This document shows positions 62,301-64,000 of a DNA stretch of 64,000 nucleotides, one piece after another. Below the pieces are notes generated by a model. It worked only from the letters and a program-made list of their open reading frames with translations, was not told the origin of the DNA and searched no databases. The position numbers and the translations under genes were made by a program. The DNA comes from Monocercomonoides exilis PA203 (taxonomy: Eukaryota > Protista > Preaxostyla), in NCBI GenBank assembly GCA_001643675.2, contig LSRY02000013.1, positions 1,178,001 through 1,242,000 on the forward strand. The letters are read 5' to 3'. Position 1 is the first letter of the stretch. Each line of letters begins with the position of its first letter.

Positions 62301-64000
62301 TTTCAGTTGAAGGAAATGAAGAATCATTGATATCTTGCTTGACAATGAAAAAGACAGTGCAATTGGCAAATTGCACAATGAGAAAAACAAATTCAAAGAC
62401 CACAAAAGGAAAATTGATAAAACTGGAGGATTGTTTGGATGTGAAAATTGATAGTTGCATTTTCGATGGAATGACAAAGGAAAGAAACGAGAAGAATTTG
62501 AATATTGAAGAAGAGATATGCAGATGGGAAGGATCTCTTGTGGATATTGTGAAGAGTTCTGTGTTTATGAAAGACATAATATTCTCGAATTCAGCAGAAG
62601 GTGGAATAACAATGAGTGGAGGAAATGTGATAATTGAAGCCGGGAATTTATCAAGCAATAATCCATTCATTGAAAAATATCCCTCACTTCGTAGAAACAT
62701 CATTTGTTCGGAGTCTGCATCGCTGTCCATTTCCAGCTTGAAAGGAGGAGATGGGTTGATGCCCAATTCTTCTCTTTGGATCCTGAATGATGGATGCATC
62801 CTCGAAGGAATTATTGGAGAAAGGCCATCTCCATTTTTCATTCCAAAGCTCGAAGAGGCGTCTCTCATTGATAATGGAAACAATGTTTCAATAAAATTCA
62901 AGGGATCTCTTTTTGTGCCATGTGACTTGTCATTCAGACTGGTGTATAAAACAGGGGATGTGGAGTTGGTTGAGACATATCCTTTTGAGGATGATGATTT
63001 TGTATCTGAAGATGAAGTGATTGGAACAATCCCATCAGAAAATATTTCAAAGATCGGAGATGAAACAGAGGTTTCTGTGATGATTCTGTTTGGAAAACAA
63101 TTGGCTGCGACTTCTCCACAGATACTGAAGAACAGAAGTGAGTCCAATGTGAATGGAGATGAAAGGATTTCTGAGGGAGGAAAAGAAGGAAAATCTTATT
63201 TGTTGCTCATTGTTATCATCCTTGTTGTGGTTTTGTTGATTGTTCTTATTGTTTCTGTTATTCTTGCAGTCAGATGGAGAAAGGCAAAGAATGAAAACAA
63301 AGATCTGAGAGAGATTGTGAATGATACTGTGAGAAAAGATCCAAAGCTGATTGAAATGACAACAATGGAGATGTCTCCTGAGGAGCAGTGGAGGAGAGCT
63401 GAGAGAGAGGCTGAGAAGAAGAATGAAGAGAGGATCAAGAAGAGAATATATGATACGAACATGCAACACTCTGAGTCATCAGAGCATTTGCTGGCTGAGA
63501 GCGGATCAACTGAATATATATTGGGGAGAGATTCAGACAAGATTCCTGATTGGGCATTGGAAAAAGTGGAAGAGGAAGAGATTAGAAAGAAAACACCATC
63601 ACCATCAATTTCTTCAACATGTTCAACTGATTCAGATTCAACATTTGTTCGGAGAGAGGATCTGTGCCCAACCACATCATCGATGTCGAATCTGGTGGAT
63701 GCAATGGCCTGTTCATCGCCTCATGAGAAACTGATTGTTGATCTGAGGGATTCGTTGTTTATGTTGTTGCACGGAAGGAATAAGACAAAGGAGATGGCGA
63801 TTGGCACATTGAAGGAGAGGGAACAGACAGCTGCTCAAATCTTGTTCTGTGTGGCTAATCTCTCACTTCACTCGTTTGATGAAATGGAAAGCCCTCTTCA
63901 ATCTCTTGCCAATCTGAGCCCTCACATTGTATTATTCTCGGAGCACATGGTCATCTGCATCGTGATGTATTCAGACTTATTGTCTGATGATGATTCTGAT
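56360..64000 (+). CDS. Giant type-I membrane protein: signal peptide, beta-helix/pectin-lyase-like adhesin repeats, TM helix, pseudokinase-like cytoplasmic domain (3' end outside window)
   Basis: ATG 56360 (MLSGICCFVWIICVQC). The same frame is open at the window end and no stop-terminated ORF is listed in it. GGAI/GGGI repeats, four VS..G....CG....C.TI modules, TM YLLLIVIILVVVLLIVLIVSVILAV-RWRK (~63198-63282), then SLFMLLH...LANLSPHIVLF. Confidence 0.88.
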   Translation, partial: MLSGICCFVWIICVQCMCNGATNDETFLTKELKKYGLSNKLERIWLDTFQEVKYSNKITFETSSDGREGGTMKTEKVKKAMNGEGKEGNEEKQKVQEISPNEMMKGTNMHDERKIWKKQRLGDESWIEGCLIFDNSSIKLHSLGLVPNDSQSVLNVVKGCFVELSGCWIENGGEMPPFCLSGSCGLFANISLRFSLDSHLQKCSSLFSSKSFKRDLFEKYHVSVRSSHFSSFRVSSAPFLSSPSIPLISLSRLTFFNISTANDACSPPTTMSTQTNCMMSSCSFSSVCDVYDGGIVHSLNNPLASLAVSNTSFIKCCRTRNVECAGTETNMKQPGRQNTTANGANSFIWCEWNGSNATGTENTCEDIASNGGAICMHSQSSATVSIKHCSFNDCYANYDGGGIMCYKIKSVEIVNNLFNSCTAQNQCGGGMFINLISSCVRISGCEFQKCSSYGWGGGLHLDNFQVSSSGCIGEENGEGESACMFECNFTSCSVTNTGGGGMRCVIVPYLFKIRSIQFISCNAMSSAGGLSLEPWITTTPNDVIYCYFLFFHECQCTTADVPCGHDLAYNDPFNVFLSSDNPFCECYTTNTNEQRVCYGYDYSSSTGWTYQHTEKKDWLKRGVLNRFVAVSGGNAEEFCGANKSYACRTIGVAVIRSVIQVSLSVTLMGGDHTSETATIEIGTKKISVIGTGKDKSSIGTGALSSVGTLFSVSTGHLGMSHLKVDCNSNSSPSPSVVVVSDGSGSLSLEDVLITTSKTGEYVMSLSAFVVLLSQLSMVDVEIKDMNVSKPLLSEPDPSSSSSSSSSLFLTAIASRDSVLANVKVTNVKLTEGDGVVAAKSVKAGETFVVRNVTIEDCECVDGSGGGIKIDLSSPTSKARIGASSTTSEATKFNRCNCSGYGGGVMMSLADNSYDFSITTVSFDDCAATWGGKNLFIEAQDLSAPINSTSVGFNPEIGINVADLNELCGRERDKAELIVPLVVFLRTFSSPAYVSGREQGSEFRLCGYEDYPCRTIGEASEYRYPSSKRVIRLTNTFSFDEEVELDGQPYEIDSTNKDVGLKVGGTGTNTQEALVMNSVSSTFTKILFELGGSIGDRSSFIHSSSSTLRFADCGIKMGNGVDAVSYAFVSGSGGNVEIIRMSCGGSVGKVRFGGCMIVVNGSCEWMMDEVISNQIDTDGVNGLIEIATSSSATIQNCSIMNSILPNCGAIHVEKCSSITLKNTSFENITREAGDGGCLFVSPNNDRTNTIRVENCTFLICEVSENGKGGGGLSVSLENLSELRVSSTRFEKCTAPSTSGSEGKGGGIFLSLADADAKFELSRNMIFDQNKAEYGKNMFISATDLNKTVTNDSFNFDYSSMANNKTLFMGSDNFHSNKDLFMFLIPFSSSEIFISSEGFDVERCGSEEEPCFTIWKGMENVKDGDDMNTIQISGLTSIQDSYELSNYQIKKASSMGEENVKAILNFEKATDSQLEYFMKNDIHLELTNIQLRLSTGFDNSAKTIISNKNGNLVISGCSFHSEAGVNNGFDCVFVDAIGGSVEVNDLSMESCNIGNSIFVIHDAGVSCHIVNVRVESLNESRGCILSIKKSESITKINEVGEEMNLNIDNSSFSGVKRSDNGASILESKSEKKKDLVVDESNITEGKAETSEKGGAIFFTLCSSGSMKMIDLTISQCSCTNGKGGGVYLATKERGDLNFIFTGMKFSSNTARVGNDIFIECFNITLQINERQFQFDLREGHYSRINAIYGIDSCEHKEDTNLIDFVTIHQSDAIVVSSVNGSNDRQCGTNTHPCASIEYGLIHLTSELISQILMIEESVIGREINLEEMSLSSKSREMCEVEVKSSIEKTKDSLITTDGTVSLVRVYFVFDSFFISSHESLISPEGGILEIVNCSFTTKQLTDGVNATVANIPFHIINMEKGEFQLDGCTISNLNLRESALHLSSSLPSVIYLLTINNSTIETSLIGINECGQLTIKDFNTENISVEGNEESLISCLTMKKTVQLANCTMRKTNSKTTKGKLIKLEDCLDVKIDSCIFDGMTKERNEKNLNIEEEICRWEGSLVDIVKSSVFMKDIIFSNSAEGGITMSGGNVIIEAGNLSSNNPFIEKYPSLRRNIICSESASLSISSLKGGDGLMPNSSLWILNDGCILEGIIGERPSPFFIPKLEEASLIDNGNNVSIKFKGSLFVPCDLSFRLVYKTGDVELVETYPFEDDDFVSEDEVIGTIPSENISKIGDETEVSVMILFGKQLAATSPQILKNRSESNVNGDERISEGGKEGKSYLLLIVIILVVVLLIVLIVSVILAVRWRKAKNENKDLREIVNDTVRKDPKLIEMTTMEMSPEEQWRRAEREAEKKNEERIKKRIYDTNMQHSESSEHLLAESGSTEYILGRDSDKIPDWALEKVEEEEIRKKTPSPSISSTCSTDSDSTFVRREDLCPTTSSMSNLVDAMACSSPHEKLIVDLRDSLFMLLHGRNKTKEMAIGTLKEREQTAAQILFCVANLSLHSFDEMESPLQSLANLSPHIVLFSEHMVICIVMYSDLLSDDDSD

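Noticed and set aside
58519-63675. Minus-strand ORFs such as 58519-59277 and 62203-63147
   Set aside because: Antisense shadows of the long plus-strand receptor ORF.
1-64000. tRNA or rRNA genes
   Set aside because: None recognised by eye; tRNAscan-SE or Infernal would be needed to exclude them.

Overview
AT-rich eukaryotic DNA with short GT-AG introns and the standard genetic code. Gene style (poly-Ser/Glu tracts, an expanded 'LAYQSAW' family, a giant beta-helix receptor) suggests an oxymonad such as Monocercomonoides; this is an inference. The standout structure is a 4.93-kb Merlin/IS1595-type element (2835-7764). Its ~1.94-kb near-identical inverted arms each carry a decayed host-family gene and flank a 1.05-kb transposase core. 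It has an 8-bp target-site duplication and is inserted inside a pogo-like DD35D transposase. A second ~1.8-kb near-perfect inverted duplication of the same gene family (39685-41479 / 47554-49349) brackets another pogo-like transposase relic. Between them is a block of host genes: an ecto-5'-nucleotidase-like protein, a tandem OB-fold-like protein, alpha-tubulin acetyltransferase, a ~2,470-aa low-complexity protein and an HD2/HD-tuin-like nucleoplasmin zinc-finger protein. There are also further pogo copies, small MITE/foldback elements, and a >2,547-codon receptor-pseudokinase ORF that runs off the right end and is missing from the ORF track. All alignments were done by eye.
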